The notes beneath the pieces are model-generated. The model did no database searches. It was not told the DNA's origin and was given only the letters and a program-made list of their open reading frames with translations. DNA of 63,675 nt, the filler included, from Reclinomonas americana ATCC 50394 (Eukaryota): the NCBI GenBank assembly GCA_048213135.1. It is 9 parts of 9 records of this genome, joined end to end, with 100 filler letters (N's around TTAATTAATTAA, not from the genome) between each part and the next. Parts side by side here need not be neighbours in the genome. Positions count along the whole stretch, not along the records: positions 50,620 to 60,981 come from AFZH01017400.1; positions 61,082 to 63,675 come from AFZH01017401.1; 7 more parts are not named here. One strand, 5' to 3'. Position numbers and translations under genes: made by a program. Below, in pieces: positions 51,489 through 63,675 of the stretch. Numbering within the stretch: the stretch's first letter is position 1; each line of letters starts with the position of its first letter.

Positions 51489-54048
51489 ATGGAGGCGCCG
51501 TTGGCCGTGCGGCAAGGCCTTCCGCTCTTCTCGCTGCTCACGCGTCCCAACATGCAACTGAGTCTGCTGGTGCCACCGTCGCTCACCGCCGCGGTCACCA
51601 CCGCCGCCTCCTCCTCGTCCTCTCCCGCTGTCGCCGCGGCCACTGCCGCAGTCGCCTCGCCGCGATCACCGGCGGGGACGGCCGCAGGCAGCAGCAGAGG
51701 CGACGGTACACTCGAGTGTCTGATGGACGTGCTCCCCGAGGACGTTGCCGGCACTGTGCTGGCGCCCTCCACTGTCGATCCCCTGTGGCATCACCGATTG
51801 CCACATGCGTATCACCACCACTCCATGTATCATCAACACCATCACCATCATCATCACATGCAGCAACAGCAGCAACAGCAGCAGCAACCGCAGTCTCCTG
51901 CAGCGAGTGAGGAACGCGATGGTGGCGGGGAGCAGCAGTCGATTGTCGGTGCTCTGACGCCCGGCATGCAAGCCCCTCTGCATGTGTACGGCCATTCAAC
52001 TGACGATGAATCGGCGCTGTGCTTCTCAGAGAGTGAGATCTGCAGGTGCGTGTGGGCGACGCACACACACAAAGAGAGAGAGAAATAGAGAGCGCATGTG
52101 TCAGCCGTGCATTTGGATGATTGCTCATCATGCGCTGCGCAGGTTCCTTGATTTCCCCAAGAAGCAACTGGCCTCGGCGTATGAGCAGTACTATGGGGCG
52201 GCGGCGTTGGATCATCGGCCTCTCAGCTGGGTGCACCAGCCGTCTCGTTGCGTTGCCGTGATCGTTTCTGCTGCTCCAGTGTTGCATTTGTGTTTCATTC
52301 GTCTCGTGTCGCGTTGCAGTCAACTCCAAGCGACACAAGTACTTTTCTCGGCGGCAGATGCGCGTGGTGATGTTCCAGGACGTTCTGCGACTACTGTGCC
52401 ACAACGATGCCACCATCCAGGCCGCGTTTCGGCAGGTGATTAGTCGTGCGCTGGCGCGGTATCATGCGACGGGGCGGCGGAGTGATCGCAAGCGAAGAGT
52501 CAGCAATGTCGAGGGAGCGCTGCCAGGTGACTATCGCTTGCTTGCACACGCGCACGGAGGGGGCACGGGAGAGAGAGAAAGAGAGTATGTTGACTGATTC
52601 TCATGTTGTCGTGGGGATCAGATGCATCTGAGCCACCGTTGAAGCGCGCGTCGTTTTCACCTGGAGGTACACCATCGGCCTTTGAATACACGGCAAGTGT
52701 TTTGCGATGTGCCCAGCATGCGTGCGCGGTGCGTGTAGTCAACTCACTGGACTGTTCATGCGCAGCAACCACAGCAACAGCAACCGCAACAGCAATCACA
52801 ACAACAGCAACCGCAACCACAATCGCAACAGGTGGCTTCTCGTTCCCGCCCCTTGTCGCACTCTCTGTCTCCATCTCCTCACTGTTATCACTTTCCCGCC
52901 GCAGCAACACGACGAATCGTCGGGTGCTGGCCTGATGCATGCCGACCCCGACATGCACCAGCATCACCATCATCATCATCACCATCACCACCACCACATG
53001 CTGCATCATCTGGACTCGGGCGTGGGCGTGTTCACAGTGTCAGACACGCCGTCGCTGGTTGCCGCCGAGGAATCAGAGGATGATGGCCAGGTTTGCGAAC
53101 TTGTGGGATCGATGTCTCTCTCCTCTGCTCACGATTCCTGCGTATCAGGTGGGCAAACTCTCGGGCGGTTCATCACCTCCGCCACTGTCGGGTGGCGCAG
53201 CGTCGGCGGAAGGCTTCCAGTCGTGGTCACTGAATGGACTCGACCTCGGCGCGTCGCTGTTACCGCCGCCGCCGCCGCCGCCACCGCCTCCTGCCGTCGC
53301 GACACAGCAGCAGCTCCCGTCGCAATCGCAAATGGGGCCGCCGCCGCCGCAGCCGCCGTCCATGGTGTACAAGTCGGACGGCCCCGGTGACTACTCGTCA
53401 CAGCATCGAAAGCTGGAGCACCTGCCGCAGTATCATGGACACTCATCATTAGCGTACCCTACCGCGTCGGTCACGGGTGGCGGTGCCGGTGGAGCCGGTG
53501 GTCGTAGCGAGGTGCTCGACGTTGTGCGCATCCCGGTGCCCACGAATCCACAGGGCATGCTGCGTCTCATTGAGCGGCTGAAGTGTGTCATGGACCTCGA
53601 CGAGATCATGAAGAGAGAGTTGGCCGCCGGGCGCGGCGAACTCGGCGTGTCACCCGTCTCCTCCTCGTCGCCGACATCCTCGCCTTCGTCTGCCGCGTCC
53701 TCGAGCCTCTCCGATGTGCACGGCTTTGGCATGCACCGCAGCTCGGGATCCACGGCAGCGGCAGCCGCCGCAGTGGCAGCGTCGGGCGTCGGCTTGAACG
53801 GCCTCCTCCTGCCGCCGTTGCCGCCTTCATCGTCCTCGTCTGCATCTTCTGTCGCCGCCGCTGCCGCTGCCGCTGCTGCGGGTAGTGGTGTCGGCGGGTC
53901 CGCACCATCGCCAGCTCCGCTTCACGAGGCCGCATACAAACTGCTGGTTCGGCAGATGCGGCTTCTGGAGGAGGAGCTGGAGAGCGAGATGCTCGGGCAC
54001 TCGGATAAGCGAAGAATGCCACCTGTCGATGCCTCATCACATCATTGA
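51489..54048 (+). CDS. Uncharacterised low-complexity protein (poly-H/Q/P/A tracts, small helical domains; possibly nuclear)
   Basis: Long coding-like exons with GT-AG introns and a basic segment RRSDRKRR/PPLKR. No family recognised. Confidence 0.55.
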
Positions 54049-54515
54049 GTACGCATAATAGATAGACAGCAGATAGAGAGACAGAGAGTGGTGGTGTGGA
54101 TGCCGTATGCAAGTAAAATGATTCGTCAGAAAATCTGTGGTCATGTTCGTACAACTTGCATGATGTGTCCTACGTTTGTTCGTTTCCTCTTCTCTCTTCA
54201 GCTACTGGGAGGGGAAACGTCGATGAACAAGACGCGCTCGATGAGTTTGCACTTATCACCTCCCCTGAGACGCAAAGGGTGGGTCCAATATTTACCTCCA
54301 AATCAATTATGAAGGCGTTGCAACACACGTTTCCGAGTGCCACAGTTCATTTTCTTTGCCCCTTCTCAACGCGTGATGCATATCTTCTTGTGGTGCGTCA
54401 ATCGCCCTACCGCTGGAGCAAAATATGGACCCAACTTTTTGAGATAACACTGACAAACTAACTAGGCAGGGCCAAATTTCGGAAACTTGTTTGGCGCCAA
54501 AATAATCTTCCGCAC

Positions 54516-57352
54516 ATGGAGGGAGCGGCGGTGGTGGTCCCCGAGACTGCGGCTGTCAGCAGCAAAGACAGCAAACAAGTGGAGAATGCATCGGCGGAGC
54601 ACTACTTCAGCTCAGCAGCAACTGTGCGCCGTTGCACACTGCTGTGTTTCTGCGTGTTTGCCCTCCTCTTCGGCCGCACCGTGTACCCCTCCATTGCGGG
54701 CGGCGACTCGGGCGAGATCATTGCCGTTGGTGCGTACCATGTTGTGGGTGACACGCTCTCTCTCTCTCTCTCTCTCTCTCATGCCACTCACGCAATGTGC
54801 AGCCGAGCAAGCGGGAGTGGCGCATCCACCGGGGTATCCCCTGCTGATGATTGTCAGCAAACTGTGCATCGAAGCTCTGCGTTTCGTCGGCGCGCAGCCG
54901 GCGTACGCAATGAACCTGATGAATGCCGCCATCTCGGCGGCAGCGGCGGCCACGCTCTTTTATGCCATTTGCCGAGTGACTCGGCGATGCATTCCCGCCG
55001 CCCTGCTGTGCACCGGCTTCTTCTACCTGAGTCCGTGGACGTGGGAGTATGCGACGGGAGCGGAGGTGTTTGCCCTCAACAACCTCTTCACCAGCCTCAT
55101 TCTGTGGCTGACGGTCGAGTTCAGCGCCGCATTGCAGGATTCGAGCAGTTGCATCTCCAACACATCGTCGTCTTCTGTGTTTGTCGCAGCCCGCGGTGCT
55201 TCTCATCTCCGCTCTCGATGTCGCAGCTCGTGCGATTCGCTGGTCGCAGTGGGGCGTCTTTGTCTGTGCTCTGGCGCTGACCAACCAGCACACTGCCGTG
55301 CTGTTTGTGGTACGCGGATCGCTTCTCTCAGGTCGCCTGCCGCTTCCTCTCACCTTTATCACAGCTCCCGCTTGCCGTGTACGTTGTCGTGGCGCTGCGA
55401 ATGGAGCTCCTGATGCAGCCATCGCTGCTCGCCAAGTACGCTCTGCTCGGCGTGCTCGGCCTCTCGCCGTACTTGTACTTGCCACTGTCGTCGCTGTACT
55501 CGTCAACGCCGCTGTCGTGGGGTACGTTGCCTCTCTTCTTCTTCTTGTCTCGTCGCGCGCTGAGAACGAATCGCGGCTGGTCCCACGCAGGAACGCACAC
55601 CACACTGGCGGAATTCCTCCGACACGTGCTGCGTCAGGAGTACGGCACGTTCCGCCTCGTGCCCGGCGACGACCCCTTCGGCACCATGGATCCCGACATT
55701 ATGCGCACCATTGGCCTCTTTGGTGATCGCCTGCAGCGCATCACCGGCGGCCTCGGTTCTGTTCTCCTCCTGATCGGCGTGGTGCACTTTTTCTATCGCA
55801 CGGTCACCCGCACTCGTCAAGGCGGCGCACACGCCCGCATGCTGCGCGTGTTTGTGCCGCTGCTCCTGAGCATGCTCACCTTCTACTTGGTGTTCTTCGG
55901 CGCCCGCAACAACGCCAATCCGGACGTTGCGGTGTGGGCCGAAATCGTCTCGCGTTTCTGGTTGCAGCCGCTGCACGCTGCACTTGTCTTGTGCGGTCTC
56001 GGCGCGAGTGTTTTGTACGAGTGGGTTGAGCAGCGGTGCACTGTTTGTGCGCACACTACGTCCACCACCACCACCACCACCGCGACGGTGACGACGAAGA
56101 CACGCCGAATGCATCCGCGCACGCTGATGGTGATTGCCGTGGCAGTGCTGCTTGTGGTGGCTTCGTGGCACGTGGCGCGAGTGTGGCACGATGTCGACCG
56201 CTCCGACCGCATCGTGTTCGAGGAGCTGGGCTGGGCGATTCTGCGGCCGCTGCCACCCAACGCGCTGCTGTTGGTGTCCACCGATATAGGGACATCGGCG
56301 GTGCGCTACGTGCAATCATGTCTGCGGTTCCGCACAGACGTGCGTGTCCTGGCGCAGGATCTCATGGGAACTGCGTGGTACCGGAAACTGATCACGCCCC
56401 ATGTGCCTGGCGTTGTGTTCCCTGGACTGTATTGGTGCGTGTCATGCGACGAAGCGAGGACAGCGTCGTATTCGTACTCACTCCACTCCGCAGGTCACAC
56501 GAGGCGCACCTGTACGAGCAATACGGTGCTTTCAGCATGCCGGCGTTCTTGGAGGCCAACATGGACAACTTTGACGTGTACCTGTTCCGCGGTGTGATGC
56601 AGATTGCTGGCGAGCCGTGGTGGATGAGTGACCAATACACACTGCTGGACGTGGGTCTGGCCCGTCGTGTGATCCGCAAGTCAGCGACGGCGAACGTCGA
56701 CATTGTGGAGTCGATCAAGTATGCCGATGTTGCGTTCGCTCTCCAGTCCTCATCACTCACACGGCGAATCGCTGCTGACTTGCGTGGGCGTGCGCAGGCG
56801 GCCTTCACATTCGACGACGATCACTTGGCTCTCGCCGACACTGTCGTTCCCGGGAGCTCGTGGGAGGCGTGGGCTCGCGAGAATGTCATTTTCGTGTTGC
56901 TTTCGGGTCTCGACTGGACGGCGACGGTGAGCTCGCCGTTTATTTTTTTTGCTCGCCTTGTTTGACTTGTGTGTCGTGGTGGTGGCTCACACGCTGTGTG
57001 TGTGTGTGTGTTGCAGAATGTGTACACGCTGGGAGTATCGGTCGAGCGTCACGAGGCCATGAAGGCCGTCGACCGAATCGCCGCCAGGTTGATGCGCGTG
57101 CTAGTCAAGGACTCTGTGCTGATGTTTAGGATGGAGCCGGTGCTGTACACGCGCGGCATGCTCAACGTGCACATGTACAACGACGTCTCCACCTTGCAGC
57201 TGCCACCGCAGACGCAGGTTGCGTTCGCCAAGACCGCCGTGCAGTGCTTGAGTCAGTACCTGGAGATGACCACCAATACGAATACGTTTGAGACGCGTCT
57301 GTTTGTCGAGCAGCTGACGCGAGTGCTACAGCAGTGGAATGTGGCGGTGTAG
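54516..57352 (+). CDS. TMEM260: TMEM260 / DUF2723 protein O-mannosyltransferase-like
   Basis: [90 protein letters not shown]. Confidence 0.9.
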
Positions 57353-57412
57353 TGCGAGTAAACATTTAAAAACATCTTACATTGTTGAATTGAGCGGCGA
57401 CGACGATGATGA

Positions 57413-59141
57413 TTAGAAGGCGTCAGCCATGACGTTGCGATCGAGGTGCGAGCCGGCCAGGTTACGCCCAAAGTGCCGATGTGACAACGAGGTGGCCGAT
57501 CGCCGTGGCGACATGCCACGTGGACTCCTCGGCGACCGGGCCGACAGGGCGCCGCCTGGTGGACTCTTGGAGCGACCCTGCAGCGCGGAACTCGAGGCCA
57601 CACGCATCGGTGATATCCGCGGCACCGGCGGTATTGAGGGGGCCAACTCGTCTTCGCGTGGGAACTTGCGGTGACGAATCTTGCGATGCAGACCGTCGGC
57701 CGACCAGCGCGACGCCGGATGTGGCACATAATTGACATCGATGGGGTGGTACGGTGTCGCGAGTGGCCCTATTTCGTAGCCCATTGGATCCTTGCTGAAG
57801 GGAATGCCGCCCACCGACCGTGGCGACTGGTGCGACAGAATGCCAGGCCCGGTGTACGAGTGTGCAGTTGCGGCGGTGGCCGAGGTGTCGGGCAGATCGG
57901 TGAACTTTGGAGTCATGCAGAAGGGGATGCCTGTGGCAGCGATACCGCAACAACAACAAAAAAGAGGTCGTGAGGGACGAGGATCGTGATTGAGCAAGGC
58001 GACGTGACGCACCCTTCTTGCCCCACAAATCGTCGGCTGGTGGAGGCGGTGGTGGTGGTGGCGACACTGGAGGCGCAGGCGAGCGTGCCCGTACTCTCGC
58101 CTTGAACACCTTTTGTGTCTTGGCGAGCTCCTCGGCGTGCTCCACCAGCGACGAGCGTGGCGGAAACACGTGAATGTCGGTCGTCGCAGCTCGCTGCGCT
58201 TGTCGCTCATCCTCACTCGTCTCCCGCTGCTCCGGCGTACTAAAGGCGGCCATCGAGCTTACCGCACGCCGTGGCGTGGTGGCCGCACTCGAGCGGCTAC
58301 TCAGCAGCGTCAACTACGCAACCACAACAAAAAGGAGAAGATGAGCATCACCACATCGTGAACAAGCAAGATTCACAACGTCGAACTGCGTGAGCGCACC
58401 CCTGGACTCGGCGACGCCATCGGAACCTCCTTCTCGACGCGCCTCCGTAACCGATGCACACTCTGACCACCACCACCACCCCCATCGTTCCCCTCCGCCG
58501 CAGCGGCATCGTCGACCACAACTGCTCCTCGGAACGAACCGAGCGGATCGCGCGGAGTCCGCGGTCGCGGTGTCTCCACCAATCCCGCCTCCTCCACCGC
58601 ATGTAACCGCACCATCGCCAGCTGTGCACGCTGTCTCTCCATATCCTCGCGCATGTGCAACGCCACCTGCTCGACAAACGTCTTTGGTTGCTCCTTCTCC
58701 AGCTTCAGTCGTGGCACAGGCGATGTCACGCTCATCGCCTTTTGCTCATCAGCCTCCTGCTGTTGCCGCTGCTGCTCCTGCTTCCGCTCCAGCGATTGCT
58801 CCAACACCGACACGGCGTGCATCGCTTGCGCCGCCTTGCGCGCACTCACACGCAAATCGCTCATGGTGCGCGCCGGCGAAGCCTGCACCAGCTGTCGCAC
58901 GCGCACCAACGCATCGGTGATGATCGTAGGTGGCACCGACGATCGCGGCGACGCAGCGGTGATGTGTTTGGATGCTGCTGGTGGTGGTCTGTGTGACAGT
59001 GAGAGAGTGAGAGAGAGTGAGTGACGTGAGCGCGCACACACAGACGCAAGGCGTTTGGACGCACTTGCGTGGTGGTGTGAAACCGAGTGGTTCGCGGCGA
59101 AGAAGTGTCTCGCGAAGTTGTCGCGGTGACTCGGCCATCAT
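57413..59141 (-). CDS. Uncharacterised Pro/Ser-rich protein with coiled-coil segments
   Basis: Overlapping minus-strand ORFs joined by plausible GT-AG introns. No family recognised. Confidence 0.5.
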
Positions 59142-59216
59142 GGCGAGAGCTCCGCTTGAGTTTGCGCGTGCACTGTAGCAGAGAGCCGCTGACAGGCATA
59201 ATTTCATTCAGTTTCG

Positions 59217-60307
59217 GACCCAAGGCGTTTCCTTCCAAAATTGTGGCCTTTGTTGACATACGCGGATTCTTCGATTAATTCGTCCATTGCCACAGTCAAA
59301 TCTTCTCACTAGGAGCAGTGGCACCTTGGGATTCCGACACAATGTCTGGCACAAGCTTGAGGTACGCATGCGGTTGTTGTGACCTTTGGGTGTGTGTGTG
59401 GTGGTCTATTTTCTCATATCACAGATGCGTGCAGCAACATGGACCGAAGGCGAGCAGGGCACACGCATTCTGCTCCTTTCAGAGAACATGCTGACAGTGT
59501 TCACCAGGCTATGCGAGCGCGCTCGAGCGTGGGACGTGCAACCCGCTGTCGGTGACTCTCATGGCCGACCTCTGCTGGAATACTCTCCCGATCCCCCGCT
59601 CAGGTCTCTTGAGCACCATCCCACTCCGCGCAAGTTTGTTCCTCGTCAGCGTGTCATCTCATCCTTTTTGTCAGTGTTGAGCCTGTTGACGAGGAGACGC
59701 GAGCACAGTTGATGGAAGAGCTGGACGCAGTCGTGGAGACGCTCTGTCGGCTCCTTCCCGGAACCTCGCAGCAGGGAATCCTGGACGCCCGAGATGTGTT
59801 TGCCGACCATCTTGACTATCCAGACTACAGACAAATTCTCGCGATCGCTGAGATCTCGATCATGCTTGACGAGGTGAACACCGCTCAGAGCGAGGGTGGA
59901 AGCCAGGCGATCATGATTCGCAATGCGTTTGTGAACATTGAAGCTGCCCGCTAGCCCTGGCTTTGCTTGCTTCTGGCTCCGTCTCGGTCTTTCTTGGAAT
60001 CTCTGTGTTATTCTGCTGCTTTCGTGATTCCATTTTCGTTCCCTTCGGCTTGCCGTCGCGTGCTCCAAGGCACTGGCTGTCCAGCGCACTTAATCCTGCG
60101 GCCAGCTGACCACGGGATGAAGTCGACGTCACGAAGACTTCACCACTCGCTGCGGTTGTGCATGTACGAACTCTGGACCAGGAAATCGTCTGCACGCACG
60201 GCGTAAAGTTTTCAGGACCTTAATTAATTTGGAAGCTTGTGAAACAACAGCAGAAACATCGGAAGGTGCATATACTGAGACCCAAGGCGTTTCCTTCCAA
60301 AATTGTG
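59217..60307. repeat. 29-bp perfect direct repeat (59217-59245 and 60279-60307) bracketing a ~1-kb segment
   Basis: GACCCAAGGCGTTTCCTTCCAAAATTGTG is present identically at both positions. Confidence 0.9.
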
Positions 60308-60378
60308 CCATTTACACTGTGTTTGTACACCTAAAAAAAACTAGTTCTATTTTTCTCTCTTCTCGCTATTCTCATTCT

Positions 60379-63027
60379 TTAGGGACTGCGGAGAGCGGCG
60401 AAGCCTGTTCGCCTGGGGGAGGTCGGTGAGGCGGGTCCACCACCGAGAGCGACGGCACGGGGAATGGCGCGTGGCATCGAGAGCATCATGCCGAGAGAGT
60501 TGGAGCTGGAGAGCGGCGACGAGGCCTTGAACGATGAGGAGCGTTCGGGTCGCGAGAGCACCACGCGCTCCGCGGGGATCTCTGCCTCGTCGTCGGACTC
60601 GTCCTCTTCCTCTTCCTCCTCGCCGTCGTCCTCCACGTCGACATCCAGCGACAGCGATCGCACCTTGCTCGGCATCAGCAGGCCAAGCACGTGGCCAAAG
60701 CTGCCGGCCGAGGTCTTGTCGGTGGGTGGCGAGCTGCTGTCGTCGGTGGCGGCGGTCGGCATGGCCGGCAGCACCTCAATGGTGGCGAAACGAGCGGTAC
60801 CAGTCGGCGTCTCAGTGGGCGGCGGCGACGGGGATGCCGATGGGGAGGACGCAGACGACGACAACGACGACATGGAGGCGACTGAGCTGACAGGGGCGCT
60901 GGGTGGCGTGAAGCGCGAGGCGACACCACCAGCACCACCAGCACCACCACCACCACCAATGGCGGGTGGAGTCGGCCGTGGNNNNNNNNNNNNNNNNNNN
61001 NNNNNNNNNNNNNNNNNNNNNNNNNTTAATTAATTAANNNNNNNNNNNNNNNNNNNNNNNNNNNNNNNNNNNNNNNNNNNNTCGTGTTCTCCAACGCCTC
61101 CTCTGCCTTCTTGTCGGCTTGTGGTGGCGGGCTCGGCGGAGCCGATCGAGACGGAGCAGTCTGCGCCTCCGACACGCCACTGGGGGTGGCCGGTGGCGAG
61201 TTGGCCGACGTGGCGTCGTCGGGCATTGCCGGCACCGGCTCCAGATCCAGGAAACGAACACGAGAACCGGCCTTGGCTGCCTTGGCCGCCCGTGCCGCCG
61301 CCGCTCCAGCCGACTGCGAGCGACTTCTGCTGGGAATGTTGGTGGCAGTGGTGCTGCGCTTGCTGACAACTGCGCCATGCTGGCCACCTGGCCGCGTGAC
61401 CGGGCGACCGTATCGCTCTGCTGCTCTGGCCGTCGCCGGTGTCTCCACACACGTGAGCGGCGCAATCGGCACCACGTACTTGACCACGAGGCCCGGCAGT
61501 GACGGCTTGCGTGTCTCGGCACCGTTGCGCAGGGGCGACACGCCGGCTGACGTCTGTCGACGCGGCGACACTGACGAGGGTCTCGGCGAGTACGCCGCCG
61601 GAGGCTGTGCAGGAGTGGGAGCTGGCGCCTGTCGACGAGGAGAGACGGACGGTGCGTGACGACCAGGCGACACTGAAGGCCGGCTGCGCTGCGCCGCCTG
61701 CTCTCGCGGAACTGGAGGCGGTGGAGGTGGTGGCGGTGGTGATGGTGACTTGCTGGCGACTGTTGGTGCTTGCAGACTCGATGGGCGCGGAGAGACCGGG
61801 TGCGATCGCGGTGACAGCAGCGGTTCGGCGCTCTTGGGTTTTCTGACTTGTTGTTGTTGCTGCTGCTTCTGTTGCAAGAGTTGCGGCATGGGCGTGGGTG
61901 GCATGGCGGCAGTGGACGACGGTTGTCGCCTTCCGGGCGACACAACCGGTCGCGGTGAAACACGCGGCGAAACAGAGCCGGCGGTGGATGGACGAGGCGA
62001 CAGGGGAGCTGCAGACGGGCGCGGCGACAACCGAGGGGACTTCATCGGCGAGTGCGCACGACGTGGGGATACAGGGGCTGGAAGATTGCTTGCAGTTGTC
62101 GTCGTTGAGTCCGTCGGCGCCAGCAGACCAGGAAGCGAGCGACCGGCACCAGGTGCAACAGCATTGTCGGACTGCGCCGCTCGTCGTGACGGCGAAAGCG
62201 ACAATCTCGGCGATTGCAGACTGCGTGGCGAAACGAGAACCACAGAGCCATCGGCCTGTGCGCCAGGCAACGCGGCCACACCACCAGCAGGCTCGACGCT
62301 CTGCGACTGGACCGTGGCTTCGGCAAATCGCTGCACGGAGGGAATTGCAAGCCGCACGGTTAGTCTCTCCACACGCGCAGCAATTCGCCCCTCTCTCCTA
62401 AAACACACACACACACCTTTTCAAGGCCAGCTCGGAGGCGCAGAGCCGATCGCTCTGCCAGTGTCACTGGTCGTCGCTGAGCCAAGATCGCCATGTTGAC
62501 CGCGTGCAACGCCAAGTCTGTGTGCATGGCCGACAACGGTGCCACCTCCGACACGTTGTCCTCCTCTCCACTGATGCCGTGCGGGCCATCGCACGAGTCA
62601 CTCATGTCAATGTCGGTGGCGGCGCTGGCCGGCGCCTCGTCCAGGTCCAGCTCAATCGTCGTCAACTCGCCCTCCAGCTGCGGCGCGTCTCCCACGGTCT
62701 TTTGCAGCTTTCGCTTACCGGGGCCCTTGGGTGTGCCCGGCGCTGCGTTCTTGCGTCCGGTCTCACGCGCCACCGGCCGGGACACACGCGACGCGTTCAC
62801 CGGCGATCGACTCGGCGCCGACACCACGCTACGTCGTCGGCGAGTGCCCTTTTTCCCGGTGCTGCGACCGCGCTGCAGCTGCTCATCCGCAGCAACAACA
62901 ACACCTGACGGTCCCACACTTGCGGTCTCGCTGTGGAAGGGAGGGAGGGAGAGAGAGAGTGAGTGATCATTGTGTTAACCGGAAAAACGACACCAAGCGT
63001 GATCGACGCAACAGCATTCCCTGCATG
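60379..63027 (-). CDS. Uncharacterised disordered Ser-Pro-Arg-rich protein (spans gap 60982-61081)
   Basis: Long minus-strand ORFs 62360-62917, 61082-62414 and 60379-60873 with many SPR motifs. The start is uncertain. Confidence 0.5.
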
Positions 63028-63381
63028 TCTGTGCAACGAGATTCCAGAGGAAGCGTGCGTGCGTGTGCTTGTGTGTGTGCGTGTGCGTTTGTTCACTGCG
63101 ATCGTGGTGACGATGGCGTGATGTTCTCTCGCACTCTGCCTTGAAAACGGTAAAATTCAACGAAGAAAAACCGGTACCGCGTGACTCGCCGACCGACTGA
63201 ACGGGCGACCGAATCACTGACTCAATCTTGAACCTGCGAGGTCTGCATTCGGCCTCTTCTCCTTCTCTCCCTCCCCTTGTCACACACACACAACTCATAC
63301 ACACACTCTCTCTCTGTGATTGCATTCACGGGACAACTTGCATTATTGTTCCTCACACTCACACACGCACACAAAAATAGA

Positions 63382-63675
63382 ATGGCTGGCTGGTCTGCAC
63401 TGGAGAGCAACCCCGACGCGTTCAACTCGCTGCTGGAGAAGCTGGGCGTGTCGACGGCCGAGTGGGCGTTTTGCGACGTGTACGGGCTGGACGAGGAACT
63501 GCTGGCCATGACGCCCTCGCCCGCCCTCGCCCTCATCTTCCTGTTCCCCGACCGCAGCACGGGTGCGGCGGCCGAGGAGCACGAGGCAGGACGCGACGCT
63601 GTGGTGCCGACGCCGTCGGCACACGCCACGCCACGCTTCTTTGTGCGCCAAGTCAAGGCACTCGGCAACGCATGT
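63382..63675 (+). CDS. Ubiquitin C-terminal hydrolase (peptidase C12, UCH-L3-like), 3' partial
   Basis: WSALESNPDAFNSLLEKLGV, FCDVYGLDEELL, ALIFLFP, FFVRQVKALGNAC (catalytic Cys at the window end). Confidence 0.92.
   Translation, partial: MAGWSALESNPDAFNSLLEKLGVSTAEWAFCDVYGLDEELLAMTPSPALALIFLFPDRSTGAAAEEHEAGRDAVVPTPSAHATPRFFVRQVKALGNAC

Overview
Gene-dense, intron-rich genomic scaffold of a microbial eukaryote. It has short GT-AG introns of about 55-90 nt, some long repeat-filled introns and abundant CA/GA microsatellites. Eight 100-nt artificial gaps (N-TTAATTAATTAA-N) interrupt it, and at least one gene (GH27) clearly continues across a gap. Recognisable genes are cyclin L, peroxisomal DHAP acyltransferase (GNPAT, ending AKL), a 3xMyb/SANT protein, CutA, a Hippo/MST kinase with SARAH domain, PAM18, a PCM1-like coiled-coil protein, a MAP3K-NACHT (STAND) fusion, two paralogous CDP-alcohol phosphotransferase-cytidylyltransferase fusions, a TEP1-like TROVE protein, a GH27 alpha-galactosidase, a membrane J-protein, two tandem GT77-like glycosyltransferases, TMEM260 and a UCH deubiquitinase. 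The most striking element lies between the two phospholipid fusion genes. It is a ~1430-aa gene (25023-30019, minus strand), bracketed by degenerate direct repeats. After manual splicing it joins a DUF3990-like ADP-ribosyltransferase domain to a Nudix hydrolase whose Nudix box is invisible in the ORF track. The two flanking fusion paralogs show reciprocal substitutions of catalytic residues. All domain calls come from recalled motifs and manual splicing, not database searches.
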